64,000 nt of DNA from Mustelus asterias (Eukaryota), in contig NC_135825.1 in NCBI RefSeq assembly GCF_964213995.1, positions 12,710,001 through 12,774,000 on the forward strand. The letters are read 5' to 3'. Below the pieces are notes generated by a model, which was not told the origin of the DNA, did no database searches, and saw nothing but the letters and a program-made list of their open reading frames with translations. The position numbers were made by a program, and so were the translations under genes. How positions within the stretch are numbered: position 1 is the first letter of the stretch; every line of letters starts with the position of its first letter. This document shows, piece by piece, positions 37,632-50,257 of this stretch.

Positions 37632-38649
37632 GTAAGTCTATTAAATTTTTTTAATTGATTTTTAATATTCATAGAAAGTATTTTTGGCAATCTGAGATGA
37701 TGAAGACCAGAAACAGCGACTGACCCAGGCACCAGTTGGTGTGAGCTAAAGATGAAGCACTTACAGTTTTGCAGACTGTGGCTGTTGTTGTGAAAGCCGT
37801 CTGCTGCTCCGGTATCTTCAGAAGATGGTGGCGTAGGGGTAACGTTTTGGGCTAGTAATCAGGCTAATGCTCTGGGGACTTGGGTTCAAATCCCACTGTC
37901 ACGGCTGGTGGAATGTAAAATTCAGTTAATTTATTGGGTGGCACAGTGCTTAGCACTGCTGCCTCAGCGCGCCGGGACCCAGGTTGATTTCCGGCCTCGG
38001 GTCGATGTCCGTGTGGAGTTTGCACATTCTCCCCATGTCTGCATGGGTTTCCTCCGGGTGCTCCAGTTTCCTCCCACATTCCAGAGATGTGTGGGTTACG
38101 CTTATTGGCCATGCTAAATTGACACTAGCATCAGGGGGATTAGCTTGGTAAATATGTGGGTTTACGGGAATAGGTCCTGGGTAGGATTATGGTCGGTGCA
38201 GACTCGATGGGCTGAATGGCCTCCTTCTGCACTGTGGGGATTCTATGACATTCTATGACAATCAGTCTTTGCTTCTCTCTGTGATTTGCCTCTGCATTCT
38301 GACTCTATCTGCCTCGTTGCAGCTCTGTCCTGATAAATTGCCCCTTAGTGTCAGCGTGTCTACCTCGGGTAAATGCATGGGGTTATGAGAATAGGGCCTG
38401 CGTGAGATTGCGGTTGGTGCAAACTCAATGGGGCAAAGGCCTCATTCTGCACTGTAGGATTCTATAATTATGATCATACCAGCTCCAAGCCAACAATTCT
38501 CCTCCTGTCGCTGTTCATGTAACCCTACAATCTCTCTGACAACTTTTCCCATTTACCTTGTTGTGAACCAATAACAGAGGTCGCGCCCTTAGCCAATTGT
38601 GTCATGAAGTGTTACAATGCTCTTTGTGTGTTGATAAATTGAGCTGTAA

Positions 38650-38836
38650 AGACTCGCATTCCAATCATTATTCATTCGTCTGTAAATTGAGTTTGTGTCT
38701 TTATATGCCCTGTTTGTTGTTTATGAGCAGATCTCCCACTCACCTGACGAAGGAGCAGCGCTCCGAAGGCTAGTGGCGTTTGCGACCAAATAAACCTGTT
38801 GAACTTTAACCTGGTGTTGTTAGACTCCTTACTGTG
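38650..38836 (+). mobile_element. Penelope-like terminus with hammerhead motif (38741-38775)
   Basis: CAC-CTGACGA-A-GGAGC agc GCTCC-GAAG-GCTA-GTG; absent from the duplicate. Confidence 0.65.
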
Positions 38837-39309
38837 ACAAATTGAGGAGCAGAGGATCTGACTAAACCCTCCTGTCTCCACAGAGCAAGAATCATTGCTA
38901 TCTTGCGAGAAAAGAGAAGAAAAACAGGGTGTCAAATCTATCTCAGATGTTCCTGTAAAGTGGGCATCCACAATCTGGCTCTGCCCATTTCCGATCCCTG
39001 TTGGAGGATGGCTTGGGAGGTTTGGTAGCTCAGTTATTGATTAAGTTAAATATTCTGAGAATGTGTCCCCAGGTTCTAGATCCCCAGCTGAAGGAATCAT
39101 CATTCCTGCATGTACTCTATCAAATCCTGTATGAAGTTCTGTTCACATGAGATCACCTCTAATTTTTCTAAACTCCACAGAAAAAAAGCTCAGTCTATTT
39201 AATCTTTCCACACTCCATCACACAAATTAGTTTGATGAACTTTCGTCGCATTTTCTCAATGATAAGTATATCTTTTCTTCTGTAAGGAGACTATAACTGC
39301 ACAATATAC

Positions 39310-39975
39310 TGGATAAAAGCAAATTATTGCGGATGCTGGAATCTGAAACCAAAAGAGGAAATGCAGAACAATCTCAGCAGTTCTGGCAGCATCTGTCAGG
39401 AGAGAAAAGAGCTGACGTTTCGAGTCCAGACGACCCTTTGTCAAAGCTAAAAGGCAGAGAAAGTGGGAGATATTTATAGTGCAGGGGGAGGGAATGAAAG
39501 ATGAGTCAGAGCCACAGAAACCAGGGGAAAGGCTGCTGATGGCTGTCCACAGAGAGAATAGAGGGTGTGAATGGCCAAACGGCAGAGAAGCTAAAATGAA
39601 GATGTTGGGGATGGGAGTGTGGTGGGGGGTGGGGGGGGGGGGGGGGGGGGGGTGGGGTCATCTTCCGGCTAGGCACTTTACATCCTTATGGCCCCAACAT
39701 CAAATTCAACAACTTTAGATGATTAGTTCTACTCCACCTCAACCCCACTGTTTTCATTCTATTTTATTTAATTTTTTACTGTTCTCTACCTATTATTTCT
39801 TTATTGTCTTTCTTCATTTTTCTTTCCACCCCCCACTCTCTCTGCCCCTACTTTGTCCCCCTTCCCTTACCTTTTCTCCCTCTTTGCTTCTCCTTTTCTA
39901 AATCTGACCTCTGTCCCATCCATTCCCCCCATCCCACCCCTCCCCCCACTCCCCAACATCTTTATTTTAGCTTCG
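39310..39975. mobile_element. Penelope-like element with inverted terminal segment
   Basis: 39310-39610 is the reverse complement of the sequence at 61425-61680; 39657-39975 is in the direct orientation. Confidence 0.7.
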
Positions 39976-41229
39976 CATTGAGACATCATTGCTGCAAAAC
40001 TCAAATCCTCTTGTCACCAAAGCCAAACTACCATTTGCCTCCTTAATTGTTTTCTCCATCGCCATGTTAACTTTCAGTGACCCACGAATAATTTCTCCTC
40101 ATCTCTGCCTTAAATGTCACGCCTCAGTTTCAAACAGTGACTCCCTCCTTCTAGATTCTCTGACAAGAGGAAACTTCCAATTCACGTTCTCCCTGTCATA
40201 GAGTCATAGAGGTTTACAGCACGGAAACAGGCCCTTCGGCCCAACTTGTCCATGCCACCCATTTTTTAAACCACTGAGCTAGTCCCAATTCCCATGTTTA
40301 GCCCACCTTACCCATGTAACTGCCTAAATGCTTTTTAAAAGACAAAATTGGACCCGCCTCTACTACTACCTCTGGCAGCTAGTTCCAGACATTCACCACC
40401 CTCTGTGTGAAACATTTGCCCCTCTGGACCCTTTTGTATCTCTCCCCTCTCACCTTAAACCTATGCCCTCTGGTTTTGGACTCCCGTACCTTTGGGAAAA
40501 GATGTTGACTGTCTAGCTGATTAATGCCCCTCATTATTTTATAGTCCTCTATAAGATCACCCTTAAGCCTCACTATTGTAAGACTGGAAGGAACATAACT
40601 GATCTCTAAACTTAAACCATAATTTTTAGTTAATTGCTAAACGCAAACAAATCAAATCACAGCCTTACTCTGAAGTCACTTTTCAGTTCCCCCCAGTTGA
40701 AACACTCAGAATCAGAATCCCTTACCGTCTCAGGTTATTCTCCGGCTCGCTCCCACTCTGTCCACTCCTGTAGTCAGGCCCACCACTTACCTGCCGGCTG
40801 TGACGACACGGTTCGATTTCTTTTTACCTTTCTCTTGCCCTCGAGTCTCCCTCGCAGGTCCATATCTTGGCTCCACCCAAAGACAAGTGCCTCTTTCCCC
40901 TCTGTGCCGAATTCCCACTCAGCTCCAAATTCCCGATACCCTCACTCTGGCTGAAATCTCACTCAGGCTGCAGTCTCTCTCCCACTGGCGTGCGCAGGCT
41001 CAGTGGTATCCGTAACGAGCAACATAAAATTCTGGCCTGTGTCTGTGCAGTGCTTTGAAGGCTCGTTGGTGAAATGAAGCAGCACAAGGAATTTGATCTT
41101 AACAATGTAATTTGATCCATCATTGCAAAGGAGATTGTTACAGCAATGAAATGGGACTGTTTACTCGGTTATTATTTAGTTGATTCAGATCGAGCTGTTA
41201 ATAACCTTTCCTCATTAACATCCCCATAG

Positions 41230-41559
41230 GTTCATGTCAATTAACTGGACCCAAGGAGGTTCATGGACAATCAGGAGGATCAGTCACTGTGAACTGTCAG
41301 TATGATCTGAAATACAAGGACCATGTTAAACAATGGTGCAAAGGTAATTATTACTACGTGCTTCAATGTTCTGTTGTGGTTTCTACTGAAAAGCCGGAAG
41401 AAGGAAGAATATCACTGACTGATAACAAAACACAAGGGATATTTTCAATTACCATGGATAACCTAATGAAGAGTGATGAAGGACAATATATCTGTGTGAT
41501 AGAAACACCAACATTTAAATATAATCACTGGATTTCTATTGATTTGAAAGTTTCTCAAG
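41230..41559 (+). CDS. Gene C exon 2, CD300/pIgR-type IgV domain (SCQLTGPKEVHGQSGGSVTVNCQY...KQWCKG...CSVVV...FSITMDNLMKSDEGQYIC...DLKVSQ)
   Basis: ccccatag| acceptor and G|gtaaga donor. Canonical V-set Cys/Trp/DxGxYxC plus the family-specific extra WC...C pair. Confidence 0.93.
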
Positions 41560-41989
41560 GTAAGATGCGAACGTATTTCTATTTAATTTATTCTGCCTCA
41601 ATTTAAACATTTTGAAATCAGAAATCCCACCTGTCCAATCAGCGGACCAGCTTAACTTTGGCAGTGTCACCAATTCCCATGGCCACTGCTGAGGCTACAG
41701 GGGGAAGGTGAAGGGACTCCACGCTGAGGCCCCATCAAAGAAAATATATATTTTTAAACCGAGCTGGGGCCTGGTGGGCAGGCCTCAGTAACCCGGGGCA
41801 TGCACACTCCATCAGGAACACCCTAGCACGGAGGGGATCATTACTGATTGGTGGGCATCTCCACGGGCCATGTGCAGCCACAGAGGAGGCCTCCCCTTCC
41901 AGTGAAACAACTGGGACAGCAGCCAGGGTTTATCCAGAAGTCTCAACATGTGTTAGCAGCTGCTTCCAATGCCAGAAAATTGCTGATTG

Positions 41990-42940
41990 CAGCAGTGGAC
42001 AATTAATTGGTTTAATTGCAGAGAGGCCGTGGCACAGTTGGAATCTCACTGGAGCAGGCAAACAAAGGGGGTCGTCCGACCTGACTGTCTGCCCCTCTAC
42101 TACGGTTACATTCATGGCTGGTTGTCCCTGGACAGGAGCATGCAGTGTCCACAGACACATCGAGGCCTTCCGTGCTGGTTGGGCACCGCAGGGACTGGGG
42201 TGCCTGATTGACCCCTTTAATCACATTCTAATTTGATGTTTTAAGTTTAATTTGTGTTTTGTTTTTGTTGAAGGCACTATCCCTCTAAGATGCTGCCCTT
42301 TTGACTTTCTCCCTCAATTCGTTTGATTTGGTTTCATTGGTTTATACAAAAGAGTTGCAATCACACTGGAGGTTCCCAGTGGAGGTCTCTCTATGGAGCA
42401 GTCCTCCCTTATCATTGGAGACCTGAGGTGGAGGGTGCCGCATGTCGCAGACCCACACAACCTTAGATTGCATCGGTTCATAGATTCCTAAGATGCTTGT
42501 CCTTTGTGTTGCCATGAGGACCATGCATATAAAGGATGCGTTAGACTGCATTTCCTTTTTAGTTATTTAAAATATCTTCTGTTACAGTTTTGTTTGCACT
42601 TCAGCCCCACGCTCCTGATCGACAGGCACCCGGTGCGGGGAGGGGCAGGGAAGGAGGAGGACCTCCTCATGAACCTGCTCCTCGGCCTGGCCAAACTTGC
42701 CCACAACAGGTCCAGGCAGCAAGCGACAAAGGGGGTCATCCGACCTGACTGCCGATTAACTGCGGCTACATTCACGGCTGGGTGTCCCTGGAGAGTGAGC
42801 ATGCAGTGATCAGGGGCACCATCAAGGCCTTCCATGCACATTGGGCACCGTGGGGGCTGGGGTGCCTCATTGACCCTTTAATTACATTTCAGTTTGATGT
42901 TTTAAGTTACATTTGTGTTTTGTTTTCGTTTAAGGCACTG
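41990..42940 (+). mobile_element. Tx1/L1-group non-LTR retrotransposon 3' fragments, two tandem pieces
   Basis: EDLLMNLLLGLAKLAHNRSRQQAT peptide; duplicated 3' UTR-like sequence. Confidence 0.55.
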
Positions 42941-42974
42941 CGGTGACACAGTGGTTAGCACTTTACTTTACATT

Positions 42975-43860
42975 ACCCCTTTGCCACATGTTCCCCTACC
43001 GAAACTCTGAAGACCTGACCGGGCTCATTCCCCAGTACTAGGTCCAGTATAGCCCCCTCTCCAGTCGGGCTATCTACATATTGTTCCAAAGAACCTTCCT
43101 GTACGCATTTTACAAATGCCTCCCCATTCAGACTCCCAGCCCTACGTGAATTCCAGTCTACACCAGGGAAATTGAAGTCTCCCACTACAACAACCCTATT
43201 TTTCCTGCACCTCTCCATTATCTCCTGGCATATCCGTTCTTCCACTTTTACTTTGTCCATCAGTTAATTTAAATCAATTAAATTGTTTTATACAAAAGAG
43301 TTAGAATCTCACCGAGCTGGCAATCCAGTGGCCCAGAATATTGCCCTGGAGATATGGGTTCAAATCAAACCACAGCAGCTGATACAATTTAAATTCAATT
43401 AACAAATGGTCCCTTTGGCCCATCGATTCTGTATCAACACGTGAGAAACATCTGACTTCCCACCTCATCCCATCTGCCAGCACTTGGTCCATAGCCCTGA
43501 ATGCTATGATGTGCCAAGTGCTCATCCAAGGTGCTTTCTGAAGGATGTGAGGCAACCCGCCTCTATCACCCTCCCAGGCAACACATTCCAGACTATCACC
43601 ACCCTCTGGGTAAGAGTTTTTCCTCACATTCCCCCAAACTTCCAGCCACTCACCCTGAACTTGTGTCCGCTCATGACTGACTCTTCAATAAAGGGGAACA
43701 GCTGCTCCATATCCACACTGTCCATGCCTCTCATAATCTTGTACACCTCGATCAGGTCACCCCTCAGTCTTCTCTGCTCCAAGGAAAACAACCCAAGCCT
43801 ATCCAACTTCTCTTCATAACGTAAATGTTCCATCCCAGGCAGCATCCTGGTGAATCTTCT
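42975..43860 (-). mobile_element. CR1-like LINE fragments (APE endonuclease VVGDFNFP...ILDLVL; RT C-terminus)
   Basis: ORFs 42973-43260 and 43624-43845. Confidence 0.85.
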
Positions 43861-44676
43861 GGTTGACTGCCACCCTTACATATTACCCCAAAACCACAGC
43901 AATGTGGTTTACTCCTAACTGCTCTCTGAAATGGCCCAGCAAGCCATTCAGTTCAAGGGCAATTAGGAATGGATAACAGAAAACTGACCTTGCCCCTGAC
44001 ACCCACGTTCTAAAAACCTGCCACCCTTTTTTTATTCATTCATTGTACATGGGCATCACTGGCTGGCCAGCATTTATTGCCCATCCCCAGTTGCCCGAGG
44101 GTAGTTGAGAGTCAACCACATTGCTGTGGCTCTGGAGCCACACATCATCAGACCAGGTAAGGACGGCAGATTTCCTTCCTTAAAAGACATGAGTGAACCA
44201 GGTGGGTTTTTCCGACAAGCGATAATGGTTTCATGATCATCAGTAGATTCTTAATTCCAGATATTTTTTATTGAATTCAAATTCCACCACCTGCCGTGGC
44301 AGGATTCGAACCCGGGTCCCCAGAGTATTTTTTTCTGTTACAGTTTTGTTTGCACTTCAGTCCCATGCTCCTGATGCACAGGCTCCCAGTGTGGAGAGGG
44401 GCAGGGATTCAGACCCGGGTCCGCAGAATATGGGCTGAGTTTCTGGATTAATGGTCCAGCGATAATACCATTAGGCCATCGCCTTCCCTAAACTGGAGGT
44501 AGATGGCTGTGCTGCTGAGGTTGCTGCCATTGCCAATGACATGTGGCATCAGGAATACATTGGGTGACCCTCCTGTCACCTCCCACTACCATTGCCCAAG
44601 TCTGCCTGCCTCCCAATCCACCATATACACAAAGTACTTTCAATAATAAAAAGTTCAACAAGTTCCTCTCTTTTAG

Positions 44677-44812
44677 GCCAACCACAAAGTTCAACAATAG
44701 GCCCGACCACCAGCGCAGCAGGAAATACCAAGGCTTCTGTCAACACAACAGGAAATACCAAGGCTTCTGTTACCACAATTCTCACCATTTCACCCATCAA
44801 TGACTTTCACAG
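44677..44812 (+). CDS. Gene C exon 3, Ser/Thr-rich mucin-like stalk with an internal 30-nt duplication
   Basis: ctctcttttag| acceptor and AG|gtaaac donor. Encodes GQPQSSTIGPTTSAAGNTKASVNTTGNTKASVTTILTISPINDFH, phases 1/2. Confidence 0.85.
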
Positions 44813-46435
44813 GTAAACCCTGAAAAAAATGGACTCAGTATATGTGTACATACTAGAATCATAGAATCCCTACAGTACAGAAGGAAGCCATTCTGCCCAT
44901 CGAGTCTGCACTGACAAAACTCCCACCCAGGACTTGTCCCCGTAACCCCACATATTTACCCTGACAATCACCCTGATACTAAGGAGCAACTTATCATGGC
45001 CAATCCATCTAACCCACACATCTTTGGACTGTGGGCGGAACCCAGAGCACCCAGAGGAAACCCACGCAGACACAGAGAGAATATGCAAACTCCACACAGA
45101 CAGTTCAATTCCATGGGCTGGAATTGATCCTTGTCCCTGGTGCTATGAGGCAGCAGTGCAAGCAACTGTGCCAACTTGCCACAAACATGCACGTGCCTTC
45201 TTGAACCACTGCTGTCCATGTGGCGCAGATACACCCACAATACTATGAGGGAGGGAGTTCCAGGATTTTGACCCAATGACCTTAAAGGTACAGCGATATA
45301 TTCCCAAGTCAGGATGGTGAACAGCTTGGAGGGCAACCTCCAGGTGGGGGTATTCCCATGAATCTACTGCTCTTGTCCTTCTAAACAGTGGAATTCATGA
45401 GATTGGAAGGTGCTGCCTAATGAGTTTTGTTGAGAACTTGCTGGGCATCTTGTAGATGGTACACACTGCTGCCTGCTCGTTGGGGGTGGAGGGAGGGAAC
45501 ATTTTTGGAAGGGGTGCTAATTATGCAAGCTGAATTGTCCTGGATGGTGTCAAGCTCCTTGAGTGTTCTTGGAGCTGCAATCATCTAGGCAAGTGGAGAT
45601 GATTCCATCACACTCCTCACTTGCACCTCGTCAATGATGGACAGGCTTTGAGGAGTCAGGAAGTGAGTTACTTGCTGCAGGATTGCCAGCCTCTGACCTG
45701 CTCATGTAGCCACAGGATTTATATGGCTTGTCCAATTCCGTTTCACATCAATGGTAACCATTCGAATATGGTTCGAATGATTGCCTGGCACTTGTGTGGC
45801 ATGAATGTTATTTGCCACTTGTCAGCCAAGCTGGATATTGTCCAGGTCTTGCTGCATTTGGACATGGACTGCTTCAGTATCTGAGGCATCATTCATTGAA
45901 CATTGTCCAATCATCAGTGAACATCCCCTCTTCTGACCTTATGATGGAAGGAAGGTCATTGATGAAGCAGCTGAAGAAAGTTGGGCCGAGGACACTCCCC
46001 TGAGGGACTCCTGCAGAGATGTCCTGGAGCTGAGATGATTAACCTCCAACAACCACAACACCTATGAACCAGGTATGACTCCAAACAACAGAGGGATTTC
46101 CCCCTGATTCCCATTGCCTCCAGTTTTGCTGAGGCTCCTTGATGCCACACTCGGTCAAATGTTGCCTTGATGTCAAAGGCAGTCACTCTCTCCTCACTCC
46201 CATTTGCAGTAAACCAGTCTGATTTTGCCAGTATTTATGGGCAGCTCAAAACCTCGTCGATATGAGGGCTTGTTGGAAAGTCACCTGATTCTTGCACAAT
46301 TCCCTGTGCATTCAGTATCACATCTTACAATGTCTCGGGAGGCTAAAAGGTTTCATGCATGAATGTGATTTAAATCCTCAACATGGGGTTTAAGCATTTT
46401 TCCACTGGATTAATTATAGTTTCTTGTTTAATCAG

Positions 46436-46551
46436 AGAGGATGAGCTGAAGAGTCTCGGTTTCTGGGCGATATTCCGCTGGCTGCTCTTTGCTGCTCTGC
46501 CTGTTTGCACCGTGTCAGTCGCATGTTACACACATTTTACAAATGACCCAG
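46436..46551 (+). CDS. Gene C exon 4, TM segment with Arg (EDELKSLGFWAIFRWLLFAALPVCTVSVACYTHFTNDP)
   Basis: ttgtttaatcag| acceptor and G|gtataa donor; phases 2/1 are consistent with neighbours. Confidence 0.85.
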
Positions 46552-48848
46552 GTATAATCCTTTAAATCTCACGATTCTAATATTCAAAATTATTTCATTC
46601 AGTTAAAAAGCTCAAGCATTTTGAAAGTTGCCTAAAAGAAGGCAGTTGATGCAAAACACTCGCTGCACTTGTAACTGACGAATTACAGAACATAATGACA
46701 TCATTAAATTATGGGCTGAATTAGTGATTTCCAGTTGCTCCCTATGATCAGTATACATTGTCGACAAGTGCTATACATTGTGACGTGAGTGTGCCTTTAA
46801 GAAATGGCTGCCGGCTGCTGCTTTAGTTTAGAAGGTGTTCGGACATCAGATTGAAAAGCAATGTTTCTCCCTCCCCTGGTATTGTAAATTCTGCTGGCTA
46901 ACTGGAAGCAGGTCTCCTTGCCTTCCTGGAGTGAGAATTCTGTCTCTTGTAGCGGTTCATTGGCTGAAAGCGAGAAGCCAGCAGTGACACTCTCTCTATC
47001 TCGAGGGCTGTTGGAATTTACAAGGGAAAAGTTTCATTCTCCAATCAAAGGACTAAGGTACAGCATCAAGTGAGCATTCGCATTTTCCGTGCTAAACCTG
47101 TAGCAGCTGTATGTTTATAGGCAAGATCGTTTGGTTGTTAAGGTTTATACAATATCATGGTTGCTTTTCTTTTCTTCTTTGTAATTGGTAAACGTTATTG
47201 CTGTATCTTAACTTTGTTTGATAAAAGCTCCCGAGTGGGTCTGTTGAATCAAACCTGGAGTGAAACATATCATGCTCACCCTAGGCAAACTAACTCCTTG
47301 CTGACATGGACATCAAAGCTTGTATGGGTCTCCAGGCCATCATGCACACCATCGTGATAGGGAGGATGGAGGTGGTGTTGCCAGCCACGTACATGATGAA
47401 CAGATTCATGGGCAGCTGTTGGAGCTCATAATTTTCTCCGTTTCTTTTGTAACAGGCCTGTAGCTACAAGAAATCCAGATTTGACCGACGGAGATCGTTC
47501 AAAGATGGCAAAAGACAGTACCGGACCAAGTTAGATTCCCAAGCTAGAAACATGGTCTTCCACCCTGTAGTCAACAAATAGGAGTTTAACAAAGGTGTCG
47601 TTGTTATCCAGGTGTTCCAGGGTTCAGTGTGGGGCCAGGAAGGGGGCATCTGCTGTGGACCTGTTGTGACGATAGGTGAATTGGAATAGATCCAGGCAAT
47701 CTGGGAGGGGGTTTTGAGCCCACGCTCTCTGAAACGCCGACAGAATCAAAATTTCTGATTTTCACTGGTGACGTAATCAGTCTCACGCTCATAATGGGCC
47801 AGGGGGTAGTGCCAGGGGCAGGACCTATGGGGAGCACCACGTATAGTGGTGGGGGTGGAGCAAATGTGGGAATGGTGGGGGTGCCGTGAAGGTCGGGGGA
47901 AAAGTGAGATGCTGCCAATGACTGAGGGGGATGCCGCTGATGTCTGTTTGGTGGTGGGGGGGCCCCGGAGTGGTGGGGAGAGGGTGGAGATTATTTTTTG
48001 AAAGGGCACCCCAATCTCAGTGCAGCCGATTAGCCAATTTTGCCGGCTTGTTTAGGCTCCACCCCTCAACATGACTTTGTTTCAAACACTGGGCCTGGGC
48101 CCTCCCCCCCCCCCCCTCCCCCCGCCCTATCCCACCACCCCCTCTCTAAAGCCTCTGGGCCCCAGTGTTTGGGACAGCCTGCACCCTCCCCTGATCCCTG
48201 GCTGGAGGTACCGATACAGCCCTCCTGTCCATTCCAACAGCACTAAACCCCTCCCTGAAAGTTCATCACATACCGGAACGTGACATTATACTTCATCAAT
48301 GGGAAGAGCAAGGAACATTTCCGATATAGCGTTTCAAGTGCCGATACGGTGAAACTTTGTGCAACAATCTCAGGCTTTGTCATCCGTTAACTTCTGTGGT
48401 TTCCTGCAAGAGACAGAATGTCTGCCAATCACACCAGGGACATAGCAATGAACAGGAAGTTCAAAAGCACCAAAGAGGGAACTGCTCCAACAGTAAACCA
48501 CAATCTAAAATTAATGCCTGCATTCAAATACAGACCTGAAATGGGGGATAAGAGGGAGCTCCAACACCACTCCTGGATCAGACATGGTTGCGTTCTACAG
48601 GCTGGCACTCAAGATGTGCCCCAGTGCCATTGGCGCTTCATGATGAATAGAAAGCTCCAGTGACCCCAGGAGAGTTGAACACTATCAGAGTTAGAGGTTA
48701 TGAGAGACAAATCCCACCACTCGGACTAGAATATCCCCACTCACCATCTCACCTGCGCATTGTTAGCCAGTGAAACACGATTGAAATGTCAAATCATTCA
48801 TTTGCTACAGATCAGTTGCTAAAATTCACTCCTTATTCAGTTCTCCAG

Positions 48849-49039
48849 GCCAACAAGTGATGGGTTCTGTCGAAACAGCAACCACAGTACAAATGGATCC
48901 GAGCTTCATTCAAAGACTGGTCAGAGGATTTGTTAAACTTGAGCTGAATGTCCAGAATATTTGCTTTGAGAAGTTACTTTTCAATATTATGGAATTTTAT
49001 ACTTTGAAATACTTTATAAAATTCCCAGAGATTGTGTGA
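48849..49039 (+). CDS. Gene C probable terminal exon (GQQVMGSVETATTVQ...FPEIV*); full CDS 813 nt / 270 aa if this exon is used
   Basis: ttctccag| acceptor conserved in relic B; ATTAAA downstream (~49055, ~49092). An alternative weak acceptor at ~48408 would give a short tail. Confidence 0.55.
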
Positions 49040-50257
49040 AATACTTCATTTCTTATTAAAGAAGATGATAAGCTTTGTTAATGTTGTTTATATTAAAGAG
49101 TAGTTTGTTTCTGTAATTGTCGCAAATGATTCACCAAAATAAGCAACTCATAGCTTGCATGAAGTAGCAACATGGCGACAGATTGGCACAGTGGTTAGCA
49201 CTGCTGCCTCACAGTGCCAGGGACCCGGGTTCACTTGCTGGCCTCGGGTCACTGACTGTGTGGAGTTTGCACATTCTCCCCGTGTCTGCATGGGTTTCCT
49301 CCGGGTGCTCTGGTTTCCTCCCACAGTCCAGAGATGTGCGGATTAGGTGCATGAACCATGCTAAATCGCCTGTTAGTGTCCCAAGATGAGCGGAATTTGC
49401 ACAATAAATGTGTGGGGTAAGCCCAGGTAAGAGTCAGTGCAGACTTGATGGGCTGAATATGATTCGAACAAATAGGTAAAAAGATGTCATGTTGGGATTT
49501 TGAAATATAACAAATTACTTGGGGAAATGTTTGGACAAGTTAAAGTTAAAAGTTTATCTATTAGTCACAAGTCGGCTTACATTAACACTGCAATGAAGTT
49601 ACTGTGAAAGTCCCCTGGTTGCCACACTCCAGGTCAATGCACCCAACCAGCACGTCTTTTAGAATGTGGGAGGAAACAGGAGCACCCGGAGGAAACCCAC
49701 GCAGACATGGGGAGAACGTGCAAACTCCACACAGACAGTGGCCCAAGCCAGGAGTCGAACACGGGTCCCTGGCGCTGTGAGGCAGCAGTGCTAATCGCCA
49801 TGCCACCGTGCTGCCCCTGTGCAGAGGAGACGGACACAGATATCCAGCTCCAAGGAGGTGAGAGACCAACACAGGGTCCACAGGCACACGCTTTCTCCAC
49901 ACACACCAGCAGCAGCGTCTCAGGGCATTTCAGGTTGCTGCTGACATCTGCAGCTTGGCAGAACATGACCTTCTGCACACTGGGCGAGGCGGCTGTGTGC
50001 CAGTGACGGGCAAAGCTCTCAAGTTGCTGGTGGAGGGCGGGTGGAGCTGGAACATTCTTCCCAGCTCGAGAGCGTGCAGAGAGATTTCTGCTGTTTTAAG
50101 ACATGCATTCAGACATCAGCCTGGATTGTGTTCCTCAAATGTTCGGCCTCCAATATAACAGGCATGAAACGTTATTGCAGCTATCGAAATGATGTAGTGG
50201 AAACCAACTCAAATGATTCACCTCTTTCATTGGCTCAATCCTGGCCAACACAGGGAA

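Noticed and set aside
46777-47310. Possible LTR in gene C intron 4 (and LTR+PBS-like piece at ~31030-31230)
   Set aside because: TG start and LTR-like composition only; no partner LTR or clear TSD could be established by eye.
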